Shown: one piece after another, positions 1-7,634 of the stretch
Numbering within the stretch: position 1 is the stretch's first letter
How the letters are laid out: every line of letters begins with the position of its first letter
Assembly (NCBI GenBank): GCA_016782605.1
Contig: JADHYE010000002.1
Location: 48,067-112,066 of the forward strand
Source: Minisyncoccota bacterium
Lineage (GTDB): Bacteria; Patescibacteriota; Minisyncoccia; Minisyncoccales; RBG-13-42-11
Direction: 5' to 3'
DNA length: 64,000 bases
Program-made: the position numbers and the translations under genes
The notes under the pieces: model-generated
What the model saw: only the letters and a program-made list of their open reading frames with translations
What the model was told of the DNA's origin: nothing
The model's database searches: none

Positions 1-300
1 GACATTAAATAACGGAAGCCTTCTGATATAGTGTTTGCTGCCATCTAGCGGGTCAATGATCCAAGTATAATCTGATTTTCCCCTTATTATTCCTTTTTCT
101 TCTGTATTGATAGTATGCCCGGGAAAATTCTTTTTAATCTTATTTATAATTAAATTCTCAACCTTATAATCAATGTTAGTAGCAATATCTTGCCTGTCTT
201 TAAACTTAACAATTTCTATTTTATCCAAATTATCTAAAAGTATTTTGCCGGCTTTTTCAGCTAAATCTATGGTAAATCGCTGAACTAGTTTCAAATTCAT
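1..300 (-). CDS. inositol monophosphatase family protein, N-terminal part (gene runs off the left edge)
   Basis: Own translation from ATG 300-298: MNLKLVQRFTIDLAEKAGK...YTWIIDPLDGSKHY (IMPase WxxDPxDG motif). Its ATG overlaps the stop of the upstream gene (ATGA). Confidence 0.6.
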   Translation of the reverse strand, partial: MNLKLVQRFTIDLAEKAGKILLDNLDKIEIVKFKDRQDIATNIDYKVENLIINKIKKNFPGHTINTEEKGIIRGKSDYTWIIDPLDGSKHYIRRLPLFNV

Positions 301-1280
301 AGTTTAAATAAAGCTTTTGCTAATTTATTAGAATCGTGACGGATAAGGCTTCTTTTTAAAATATCTCCGGGAACGTGCTTTGTCTCTTTTCTGCTTAAAA
401 AATCTCTCCTGATTACTTTAAAATAGCTGTCTTTCAAATCGTCAACAACCGGAAACTCTTTCACTTTCTTATATTTTTCCAAAGCGCTCTTTGCCATGGA
501 TTTTGTATTAATCAAAACATAGTCTAAACAATCACGTCCTAAATATTTTTCCAAAACCTGAATATGGTCTTTGGCAGTAAAACCGAATGTCTGGCCGTAT
601 CTTGTCATTAAGTTCATAACGTATGCTACCTTAGCTTTGGTTTTTTTAAGCGCACCGGATATTCCTTCTGTTAGTAATCCGGCTATTATGCTGGTATATA
701 AATCGCCAGGCCCGATAACAACCAAATCTGCGTTCAAAATCGCTTTTTTTGCTTCATAATATATTTTAGCTTTTGGCTTCAAAAAGACTTTCTTAATCTT
801 CAATTTACCATTATGTTTGGGCCCATCAATTAAATGCTCTCCGACAACTTTCTTTCCGTTTTCATAAATTGCCACTAAATTTGAATCAGTCAAAGTCACT
901 GGCAAAATTCTTCCTTTAATTTTAAGAATCTGGCTTGTTTTTTTAATCGCTACCACCTGAGAACCAAAAATGTCAGATAGAGCAGCTAAAAACAAATTGC
1001 CAAAGGTCATGCCTTTTAACCCATTTCCTTTTGAAAAGCGGTAAATAAAAAGCTTTCTTAACGATTGTTCTTTGCCTTCTTCAGCCAAAGCAACAAAGCA
1101 CTGCCTTATATCGCTGGTCGGCAACAAACCTAATTCATCGCGAATAACCTTGTTACTTCCTCCTGAGTCGGTCATTGAAACAACGGCTGAAAGGTCAACC
1201 GGATATTTCTTTAAACCGGAAAGAACCGTAAAAGAACCGGTTCCGCCCCCAATAACAACGATTTTCTTAGTTTTTGACAT
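297..1280 (-). CDS. yvcK: YvcK/CofD-like gluconeogenesis factor family protein (UPF0052)
   Basis: 327-aa ORF. N-terminus KKIVVIGGGTGSFTVLSGLK and SMTDSGGS are typical of this family. Confidence 0.8.
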   Translation of the reverse strand: MSKTKKIVVIGGGTGSFTVLSGLKKYPVDLSAVVSMTDSGGSNKVIRDELGLLPTSDIRQCFVALAEEGKEQSLRKLFIYRFSKGNGLKGMTFGNLFLAALSDIFGSQVVAIKKTSQILKIKGRILPVTLTDSNLVAIYENGKKVVGEHLIDGPKHNGKLKIKKVFLKPKAKIYYEAKKAILNADLVVIGPGDLYTSIIAGLLTEGISGALKKTKAKVAYVMNLMTRYGQTFGFTAKDHIQVLEKYLGRDCLDYVLINTKSMAKSALEKYKKVKEFPVVDDLKDSYFKVIRRDFLSRKETKHVPGDILKRSLIRHDSNKLAKALFKL

Positions 1281-1320
1281 AAATCAATTTTTATATTAAA
1301 CTAAAAATACCTTTAAGTCA

Positions 1321-1440
1321 AAAACCGAGTTCCGCGACAGCGGAATGAAGGTGAAGAAGACGACTTCGTCGTCTTCGCCAAAAACCGAGTTCCGCGACAG
1401 CGGAATGAAAGCGAAGAAGAGGATTTATCCTCTTCGACTA
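1321..1440 (+). repeat. E-family modular hairpin element, tandem 2 x 60 bp
   Basis: 1321-1347 and 1381-1407 are identical (aaaaccgagttccgcgacagcggaatg). Each unit has hairpin ttccgc-gaca-gcggaa, then a second hairpin that differs with compensation (gaagacgac/gtcgtcttc versus gaagagga/tcctcttc). Confidence 0.85.
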
Positions 1441-1452
1441 CAAAATTCGACT

Positions 1453-2712
1453 ATGACTGACAAATTTTTAATACAAGGAGGTATTCCTCTTTCTGGAGAA
1501 GTTGAAATCTCAGGTTATAAGAATTCAGCCGGCGCTATTTTGGCGGCTGTTTTGCTTTCCGAAGAACCTTCTGTTATTGATAACCTTCCCCAGGTAACCG
1601 ATGTTTCAAACCAGATTGAAATTCTAAGGCAAATGGGCGCAGAGATAGAACAATTGAGTCCGAGAAAAATAAGAATCAATCCAAAAAACATAGACCCTGA
1701 AAAAATCCCGGCAGACCTCTTTGAAAAAATGAGGGTTTCTGTTTTATTCATCGCTCCTTTAGCTATAAGGTTTAAAAAATTCAAAATCCCCCATCCTGGC
1801 GGAGACAAAATAGGTTTAAGACCGATTACCACGCACTTGGAAGCTCTTGAAAACTTCGGAATAAAAACAGAAGAAAAAGACGGCTTTTACCATTTCCAAG
1901 CACCAGAAAGAATAGAAGGAAAGAAAATAGCCTTAAAGGAGTTTTCAGTGACTGCCACGGAAATCCTAATGATGTTAGCTAGTAGAGCCCAAGGAAGAAC
2001 TAAAATTGAGATTGCTGCTGCTGAACCACAAGTCCAGGATTTAGGAATGTTTCTGAGGAAAATGGGCACGAGTATAGAAGGAATCGGCACTCATACTATT
2101 GAAATTGAAGGAAAAGATAAATTATCAGGCGCTGAATTCTCATTATGCCCTGATTTATTGGAAGCCGGAACTTTTTTCATCGCCTTTGCCTTAACTGGCG
2201 GCGAAGGGAAGATAAAGAATGTAAATCCAGACCATATGACCTTTTTCCTGGGAAAAATGAAAGAGATAGGAGTGAATTTCGATATTATAAACAATGAAAT
2301 TTCAGTTAAGAAATCATTTAATTTTAAACCGGCCAAAATCCAAGTTCTTCTTTATCCCGGCTTCCCGACTGATTTGCAGCCTCAAACATCCGTTCTATTA
2401 ACCCAATGCCAAGGCAAGTCTCTCGTACACGACCCGCTGTATGAAAACCGATTCCAGTATTTGCACGAATTAAGAAAGCTGGGAGCTGATATTGAAATAA
2501 CCGACCCTCACCGGGCTCTGATTTTCGGCAAAACAGAATTGATCGGAAATAAAATAAACGCCTCGGATATAAGATCAGGCGCAGCTTTAATCCTGGCGGG
2601 ATTAATCTCAAAAGGCCAAACAACGATTGAAAACATATCCCAGGTTGAAAGAGGACATGAAAATATTGAGGAGAAATTAAAAAAACTAGGAGCTCGAATT
2701 GAAAAGATTTAA
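1453..2712 (+). CDS. murA: UDP-N-acetylglucosamine 1-carboxyvinyltransferase
   Basis: The conserved MurA N-terminus MTDKFLIQGG..LSGEVEISGYKNSA starts at ATG 1453. The track ORF start at 1345 reads through the tandem repeat and was trimmed. Confidence 0.92.
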   Translation: MTDKFLIQGGIPLSGEVEISGYKNSAGAILAAVLLSEEPSVIDNLPQVTDVSNQIEILRQMGAEIEQLSPRKIRINPKNIDPEKIPADLFEKMRVSVLFIAPLAIRFKKFKIPHPGGDKIGLRPITTHLEALENFGIKTEEKDGFYHFQAPERIEGKKIALKEFSVTATEILMMLASRAQGRTKIEIAAAEPQVQDLGMFLRKMGTSIEGIGTHTIEIEGKDKLSGAEFSLCPDLLEAGTFFIAFALTGGEGKIKNVNPDHMTFFLGKMKEIGVNFDIINNEISVKKSFNFKPAKIQVLLYPGFPTDLQPQTSVLLTQCQGKSLVHDPLYENRFQYLHELRKLGADIEITDPHRALIFGKTELIGNKINASDIRSGAALILAGLISKGQTTIENISQVERGHENIEEKLKKLGARIEKI

Positions 2713-2723
2713 TAAATTGAAAA

Positions 2724-2752
2724 TCGTCGAGGAGGCGGTTTTTTTGTTTTTT
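2724..2752 (+). terminator. intrinsic terminator after murA
   Basis: tcgtc-gagga-ggcgg stem (two G-U pairs) followed by tttttttgtttttt. Confidence 0.55.
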
Positions 2753-2764
2753 AGTAAACCCTCT

Positions 2765-2808
2765 GGTCGGACGATGCCTGTCCTGAGCCGCATCGAAGGG
2801 TTAGAACC
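2765..2808. repeat. R-family GC-rich module (GGACGATG[cctgYcctgagYcgcatcgaaggg]TTAGAACC)
   Basis: About 90% identical to 4750-4790 by eye. Starts right after the cysK stop. Contains hairpin cgatgc...gcatcg. Confidence 0.8.
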
Positions 2809-2812
2809 TGTT

Positions 2813-3709
2813 TTACTGATTAAATAAATTTGTGCTGAGATATTTTTCTCCCCTATCTGGAAAAATAACTACAATCTTTCCTGATTTTATTCTTTTGGCC
2901 ACCTCAATAGCTGCATACATTGCAGCACCACTACTCATGCCAACAAAAATTCCTTCTTTTTTAACAATTTGCCTTGCTGTTTCAAACGCATCTTCGGTCT
3001 TTACCATAATTGTTCTATCTATTTTTGATGGGTCATATATTGACGACGCTATCGCTTCTTTCATATTCTTTAATCCTTGAATATAATGACCCCTGACAGG
3101 ATGAGCACTAACAATCTTTATTTTGGGATTCTTTTCTTTTAAATATTTACCCACTCCCATAATCGTGCCAGAGGTTCCAATTGCTGAAACAAAATAATTA
3201 ATATCTCCTTTTGTTTGTCTCCATATTTCCTCTGCTGTTTTCTTATAATGGGTAAGTTTATTATATTCGTTTGAGAATTGGTCTGGCATAAAGTATTTGT
3301 CAGGATTTCTTTCAACCAATTCTCTTGCCTTAATTATTGCTCCATCGGTTCCAAGTTTTGGGTTAGTTAAAATTAATTTTGCTCCAAATGCTAAAATGGT
3401 TTTTCTTCTTTCGATTGAAACCGCTCTACTCATAACGATTTTAACTTTGTAATCCTTTATAGCCCCGAGCATAGCCAAACCAATCCCAGTATTGCCTGAA
3501 GTTGGTTCAATAATAGTCTTATCTTTTGTTAATACCCCTTCTCTTTCTGCTTGTTCAATCATTTCTAAAGCAATCCTATCTTTTACGCTACCCGTTGGAT
3601 TAAACCCTTCTAGTTTTGCATAAATTAAAACATAAGGACTAGGGTTAAGTTTATTAATTTTTACCAGAGGAGTATTTCCAATTGTTTTAAGAATATTTTT
3701 ATACAACAT
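2813..3709 (-). CDS. cysK: cysteine synthase (O-acetylserine sulfhydrylase) family, PLP-dependent
   Basis: 298-aa ORF with IGNTPLVKINKL, PLP-lysine motif SVKDRIA, and GNTGIGLA. Confidence 0.85.
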   Translation of the reverse strand: MLYKNILKTIGNTPLVKINKLNPSPYVLIYAKLEGFNPTGSVKDRIALEMIEQAEREGVLTKDKTIIEPTSGNTGIGLAMLGAIKDYKVKIVMSRAVSIERRKTILAFGAKLILTNPKLGTDGAIIKARELVERNPDKYFMPDQFSNEYNKLTHYKKTAEEIWRQTKGDINYFVSAIGTSGTIMGVGKYLKEKNPKIKIVSAHPVRGHYIQGLKNMKEAIASSIYDPSKIDRTIMVKTEDAFETARQIVKKEGIFVGMSSGAAMYAAIEVAKRIKSGKIVVIFPDRGEKYLSTNLFNQ

Positions 3710-3725
3710 AATTTTAATTTAAGTT

Positions 3726-3754
3726 AAAAATAAAAAATCCCGACTTCCTCGGGA
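3726..3754 (-). terminator. attenuator terminator in the cysK leader
   Basis: Minus strand UCCCGA-GGAAG-UCGGGA followed by UUUUUUAUUUUU, 17 nt before the cysK ATG region. Confidence 0.6.
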
Positions 3755-3782
3755 ATTATTGTTTTAAGCTAATTATTATAAA

Positions 3783-3866
3783 TCAAACAAAACAAACGCT
3801 TCCCGAGGGTATCCCGAGAATGCAACAATAAATATTGTTATTTTTATGCAATCTAATTTCTCCCAT
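3783..3866 (-). CDS. candidate cysK leader peptide MGEIRLHKNNNIYCCILGIPSGSVCFV (27 aa)
   Basis: Own translation. Tandem Cys codons UGU UGC lie at 3827-3822. The ORF covers two copies of CUCGGGA, complementary to the terminator 5' arm. Confidence 0.45.
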   Translation of the reverse strand: MGEIRLHKNNNIYCCILGIPSGSVCFV

Positions 3867-3872
3867 ATTTTA

Positions 3873-3901
3873 ATTTTATCATAATTAAATAAAAAAGTCA
3901 A
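3873..3901 (-). promoter_or_regulatory. sigma70-like promoter for the cysK leader
   Basis: Minus strand TTGACT (3901-3896), 17-nt spacer, TAAAAT (3878-3873). The ATG at 3866 is the 7th nt after the -10 box, which is leaderless geometry. Confidence 0.5.
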
Positions 3902-3910
3902 CCCATCCAT

Positions 3911-4016
3911 CAAAAAACCGCCACCGCCGAAAGGCGGATTGGCGATTTTTATCGTGGCTTGCCCTGAGCAAGCGAAGCGAGTCGAATGGGCTCGCCCTAG
4001 CGGACGATTTTAGAAC
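3911..4016. repeat. R-family element with bidirectional terminator hairpin
   Basis: aaaaaaccgccaccgccgaaaggcggattggcgattttt (GAAA-loop hairpin, A-run/T-run flanks), then gccctgagc..gaatgggc module, then ctagcggacgattttagaac. Close copy at 4661-4790. Confidence 0.8.
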
Positions 4017-4080
4017 TTTAAGCCGGGAGGAGGTGTTTAAGTATCCTGAAGTGGTGCTGGCTCAACTAAGAGAACTGACT

Positions 4081-4096
4081 GGACGATGTTAGAGCC
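4081..4096. repeat. R-family core only (ggacgatgttagagcc)
   Basis: Same 16-mer core as 2768-2808, 4001-4016, 4751-4790, 40924-40939 and 41568-41583, without the inserted module. Confidence 0.6.
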
Positions 4097-4101
4097 CTAA
4101 A

Positions 4102-4123
4102 CAAAAAACCAGCTAATAAGCTG
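4102..4123 (-). terminator. intrinsic terminator
   Basis: Minus strand CAGCU-UAUU-AGCUG followed by GUUUUUUGU. Confidence 0.6.
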
Positions 4124-4285
4124 ATTTCTTGTCCCAAGCAAATCTCTTTCTGAGGCTTACTTGGGGAAGGAAGGGGAAGAAGGATGGGTTCTTATCCTGC
4201 CTAATCGCCCTACATTGCTGTAGAGAAAGTGCAATTACCCTTACGGACCATTGTCCTAACCATGCTTCCCCTTTTGAGGTAAGAG

Positions 4286-4564
4286 TTAACGGAACTTAAT
4301 CTGTTGAGTCATGTCGTTTACTCGGTTTACCATTAAGGTAACTTTGCCCATGAGACGTTTGACGAACTCAAGGAGTTCATCTTTTGTAACGAACTCCATA
4401 ACGTCGTCAGTTAAACCGTCCATCTCTTGAGCAAATTGACCAACTCTCTTCTTTATGTCATTCTCGTCTAGTTTGACTAAACGATGCAACGACGTATCAC
4501 GAAGAAATTGGCCTATTAAGACCTGGCAACCAATCTTATTAAACCGCTCATCAGTCATTTCCAT
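4286..4564 (-). CDS. hypothetical protein (92 aa)
   Basis: ORF preceded by a strong SD (AAGGAGGTGA, 6-nt spacing). No family recognised. Confidence 0.6.
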   Translation of the reverse strand: MEMTDERFNKIGCQVLIGQFLRDTSLHRLVKLDENDIKKRVGQFAQEMDGLTDDVMEFVTKDELLEFVKRLMGKVTLMVNRVNDMTQQIKFR

Positions 4565-4660
4565 GTTTTCTCACCTCCTTTCGTATTGGATTAGAAAGAA
4601 AAACTCTATTTCCTTCTGTCTATATTATATAATATAATTTTATAATTGTCAATCTTAGCC

Positions 4661-4790
4661 AAAAACCCGCCACCGCCGAAAGGCGAATTGGCGATTTTTA
4701 TCATAGCTTGCCCTGAGCGAGCGAAGCGAGTCGAATGGGCTCCCCTGGTTGGACGATGCCTGCCCTGAGTCGCATCGAAGGGTTAGAACC
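4661..4790. repeat. R-family element, full form
   Basis: Terminator hairpin, gccctgagcgagcgaagcgagtcgaatgggc module, then ggacgatg[cctgccctgagtcgcatcgaaggg]ttagaacc. Confidence 0.8.
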
Positions 4791-4831
4791 TGTTTAATAA
4801 AATAAAGACCACTCAATAAAGAATGGTCTAT

Positions 4832-5188
4832 TTATGCAAGGTGTGGGATTGCCAAATATGGTCTGTTCTGAAACCTCTGTCGCATCCGATGGTAATCTAA
4901 CAAGAGAAGGAAAAATTCACGAGGGTCAAGCTCTTTTTTTGCTTCTTCGAAATCTATAGTCTCTTCGTAAAGAAGCCATTCATAATCTCTTGGGTCAGTA
5001 ATTTCATTGTCAGATTCGTTGCAATCTTGACAATAAAATATTGGAACAAGAGGATAACCCATACAATCAAATTTTTTCTCAACAGCTCCTGCTTCAGCCC
5101 ACCAAAGTTCCATGAATTTACCACAGAAGCGACAGTTTTTAGCAATTGGTCGTCTTTTCGTCCTTTTAACTCCAATCTCCAGAGCCAT
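4832..5188 (-). CDS. hypothetical Zn-ribbon protein (118 aa)
   Basis: CRFCG ... CQDC cysteine pairs. Strong SD TAGGAGGT with 8-nt spacing. Hairpin agacca..tggtct lies downstream (4806-4829). Confidence 0.6.
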   Translation of the reverse strand: MALEIGVKRTKRRPIAKNCRFCGKFMELWWAEAGAVEKKFDCMGYPLVPIFYCQDCNESDNEITDPRDYEWLLYEETIDFEEAKKELDPREFFLLLLDYHRMRQRFQNRPYLAIPHLA

Positions 5189-5236
5189 TTTTATCTACCT
5201 CCTAAAAGAACTATAATTTTATATTATTCATTCAGA

Positions 5237-5262
5237 CAAAAAAATCAAGCCCTAGCGGCTTG
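5237..5262 (-). terminator. intrinsic terminator after iorB
   Basis: Minus strand CAAGCC-GCUAG-GGCUUG followed by AUUUUUUUG. Confidence 0.7.
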
Positions 5263-5271
5263 AAATTGTCA

Positions 5272-5295
5272 GCTCCGGAGGTAGGATTCGAACCG
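5272..5295 (-). other. tRNA 3'-end-like fragment (T-loop plus acceptor 3' strand)
   Basis: Minus strand GGTTCGAATCCTACCTCCGGAGC. No matching 5' half, D arm or anticodon arm lies upstream. Confidence 0.35.
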
Positions 5296-5904
5296 CTAAT
5301 TCTTTTTCTTCGCCAACTCAAACGTTTTCAAGTTTAATTCTAGATATTTTTCCGGAATTACTTCTTTAATCGCTTTCTGGATTGATGCTGGTTTCAAAGG
5401 AATTAATCCTTTAAACGCAGCAAAACTTATCAAATAAATTCCGGAAACAACGCTTTTCCCCAGTTTTTCCTGGCAGAGTTTATCAGCTGGAACTACCTTA
5501 ATCTTTTTACTAATTTCCTTTAACTGAAATAAAATTTCAGCTTCAGGCAAAGGTTTTTTCAAAGGAATTGGAATTATAAGCTGATTTATTAAAAAGTTTG
5601 TTTTCGGATTGGCAAAATATATTCCATTTAAAATCTCCTGCTCTTCCAAACCTAAAACCAAATCTGCTTTTCCTTGGGCAACCATTGGAGAAAAGATTTT
5701 CTTTCCGAATCTGATATGCACTTCAACAGAACCACCTCTCTGAGATAATCCGTGCAGTTCAGAAGTCCTAACATCATATCCCTCAAACGTAGCTGCTTCT
5801 GAAATTATCTGCAAAAGAGTAATCAGGCCCTGTCCGCCAGTGCCGACTATGACCATATTGAATTGCCTTGCCCCGTTAGAAATTTGATTTGTTTTCTTAT
5901 TCAT
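5296..5904 (-). CDS. iorB: indolepyruvate/2-oxoacid:ferredoxin oxidoreductase, beta (gamma-domain) subunit
   Basis: MVIVGTGGQGLITLL... matches the pyruvate/ketoisovalerate oxidoreductase catalytic domain. Start is ambiguous: ATG 5904 lies inside element A1, ATG 5856 lies after it. The track start 5937 is unlikely. Confidence 0.8.
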   Translation of the reverse strand: MNKKTNQISNGARQFNMVIVGTGGQGLITLLQIISEAATFEGYDVRTSELHGLSQRGGSVEVHIRFGKKIFSPMVAQGKADLVLGLEEQEILNGIYFANPKTNFLINQLIIPIPLKKPLPEAEILFQLKEISKKIKVVPADKLCQEKLGKSVVSGIYLISFAAFKGLIPLKPASIQKAIKEVIPEKYLELNLKTFELAKKKN

Positions 5905-5949
5905 AATAAATAATTTTATTCCCACGTTAATACGCAATTTCTAACGGGG
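5871..5949. repeat. A-family long-stem element A1
   Basis: ccccgttagaaatt (5871-5884) pairs with aatttctaacgggg (5936-5949). 51-nt AT-rich loop. Confidence 0.8.
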
Positions 5950-5958
5950 TTAACTTTT

Positions 5959-7605
5959 TTAATCATTTTTTGGAACAACGAACTTACAAGGATGTTTAGA
6001 AATAATTACTGAAACTTCATCTTTTGCCACAAACTCTTTTATTGTATTAATGAATTCCTTCTGGTTCACAGGATCAATTGTTTTAACGTGTTTTACGCCG
6101 CAGGCCCTGACTAGCTTCTCAATGCTAATATCTGTCTTTATACCCACAGAAACAGGATGTGGCTGGTGTCCTGTCATAGCAGTGGTTTCATTATTTAGAA
6201 TAATGATTAAAGGATTTGATTTGTTAAAAACAGTGTTTATCAAAGCTGGAATGCCAGAATGAAAGAAAGAAGAATCACCAACAAAAGTAATCAACTTCTG
6301 AGAAGTGGCTTGCCCTGAATTAAATTGAAGGGCTTTTTTAATACCATGGGCAATACCTACTGAAGAGCCCATGCAAGACAAATAATCTTGGAGATTTACC
6401 GGTGAATTGCCAAAAAGCATATAGCAGCCTATCTCTCCTCCAAATATCACCTTATTCACATCAACTGCTTTTTTAATGGCTGAAATAACCAGCCAGTAAG
6501 GACAACCAGGACAAAGCTGCGGAGAGCGCTTTAAAGCTTTAAAATCATATTTTACAGATTTATATTTCCTACCAGTTATTTTCGCGACAGCTTCAACTAC
6601 ATATTCTGGCTTTAATTCTCCAACTACTGGCAGCAAGTTTTTCCCAAAAACCTCCAGTTTGCAGTTAGCTTGCTTAGCCAGCCTTTCTACCTCTTTTTCC
6701 AAATGAGCTTCCAGCTCCTCAACCACTAAAACCTTTTTAAGATTTTTAATAAATGATTTTATTCCTTTTTCTGCCAAAGGATAGGAAAAAGTAAGCTTTA
6801 AAACAGGCAAATCCAGTTTCAGTTCTGTTAATGCTTCTTTTACATATAGATAAGAAACTCCAGAAGTAATAATGCCTATTTTTTGCTTTTTGCCCTCAAT
6901 CTTCAAAAAAGCCTCGGAAAAACTTCTAATCTTTTCTATTTTCTCAAACAATTCCCTTTTCATTTCCAGGACTCTTGGGGGCAAAGTGACGAATCTTTTC
7001 ACATCTTTGATAAATTCTCCTTTTTTCAAAACTTGAGACTTGAGATTTGAGATTTTAACAGGCATTTTCTGATGAGCCACTCTGGTGGTTGTTCTAACCA
7101 TTACTGGAATATTGAACTTTTCTGAAATCTGAAAAGCTAGTTTTACAAAATCCAGACATTCTTGCGGATCTGATGGCTCGAGAATGGGTATATGGATAAG
7201 ATTATCCATTGGCCTGGTGTTTTCCTCTGATTGAGCTGAACTGTGGCAAGAAGGATCATCAGCCACGATAATAACTGTTGGCCCTTTGGTTCCTGTATAA
7301 ACAAAGGGAATTAAAGCGTCCAAACAAACATTTAAGCCAAAGTTCTTCATAGCTACCAATGTTTTCAAACTGGAAAAACTGGCGCCAATGCCAGCTTCCA
7401 AAGCCACTTTTTCATTAGTCGAAAATTCAAAGTAAACGCCAGCATCTTTGGCAATCTTAAAGAAAGTGTTGCCGATTTCCGAAGCAGGTGTCCCAGGATA
7501 AGTTGAAACAAAATTGACGCCTGCTTCCAAGGCGCCTCTAACGATTGCTTCATTACCCAATAAGATAATTTTCTTCCCACCTTCTTTTGAAAGGAGTTTA
7601 TCCAT
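5959..7605 (-). CDS. iorA: indolepyruvate:ferredoxin oxidoreductase alpha subunit (TPP-binding)
   Basis: 548-aa ORF. LLGNEAIVRGALEAGV..STYPGTPASEI N-terminus and a TPP-binding region GDSSFFHSG. Confidence 0.8.
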   Translation of the reverse strand: MDKLLSKEGGKKIILLGNEAIVRGALEAGVNFVSTYPGTPASEIGNTFFKIAKDAGVYFEFSTNEKVALEAGIGASFSSLKTLVAMKNFGLNVCLDALIPFVYTGTKGPTVIIVADDPSCHSSAQSEENTRPMDNLIHIPILEPSDPQECLDFVKLAFQISEKFNIPVMVRTTTRVAHQKMPVKISNLKSQVLKKGEFIKDVKRFVTLPPRVLEMKRELFEKIEKIRSFSEAFLKIEGKKQKIGIITSGVSYLYVKEALTELKLDLPVLKLTFSYPLAEKGIKSFIKNLKKVLVVEELEAHLEKEVERLAKQANCKLEVFGKNLLPVVGELKPEYVVEAVAKITGRKYKSVKYDFKALKRSPQLCPGCPYWLVISAIKKAVDVNKVIFGGEIGCYMLFGNSPVNLQDYLSCMGSSVGIAHGIKKALQFNSGQATSQKLITFVGDSSFFHSGIPALINTVFNKSNPLIIILNNETTAMTGHQPHPVSVGIKTDISIEKLVRACGVKHVKTIDPVNQKEFINTIKEFVAKDEVSVIISKHPCKFVVPKND

Positions 7606-7634
7606 ATAGAATTATTATACAAAATATCACCTGA

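Noticed and set aside
1345-1452. N-terminal 36-aa extension of murA in the ORF track
   Set aside because: It reads through the 2 x 60-bp tandem repeat. The conserved MurA N-terminus begins at ATG 1453.
2765-4790. R-family units as integron attC sites / a gene-cassette array
   Set aside because: GTTAGAAC / GTTCTAAC do not fit the GTTRRRY / RYYYAAC core sites. There is no R''-L''/L'-R' symmetry and no intI. The cassettes carry their own terminators.
5266-5345. A full tRNA gene overlapping the iorB 3' end
   Set aside because: Only the T-loop and 3' acceptor strand are tRNA-like. The sequence upstream (iorB codons) cannot form the T-stem 5' strand, anticodon arm, D arm or 5' acceptor.
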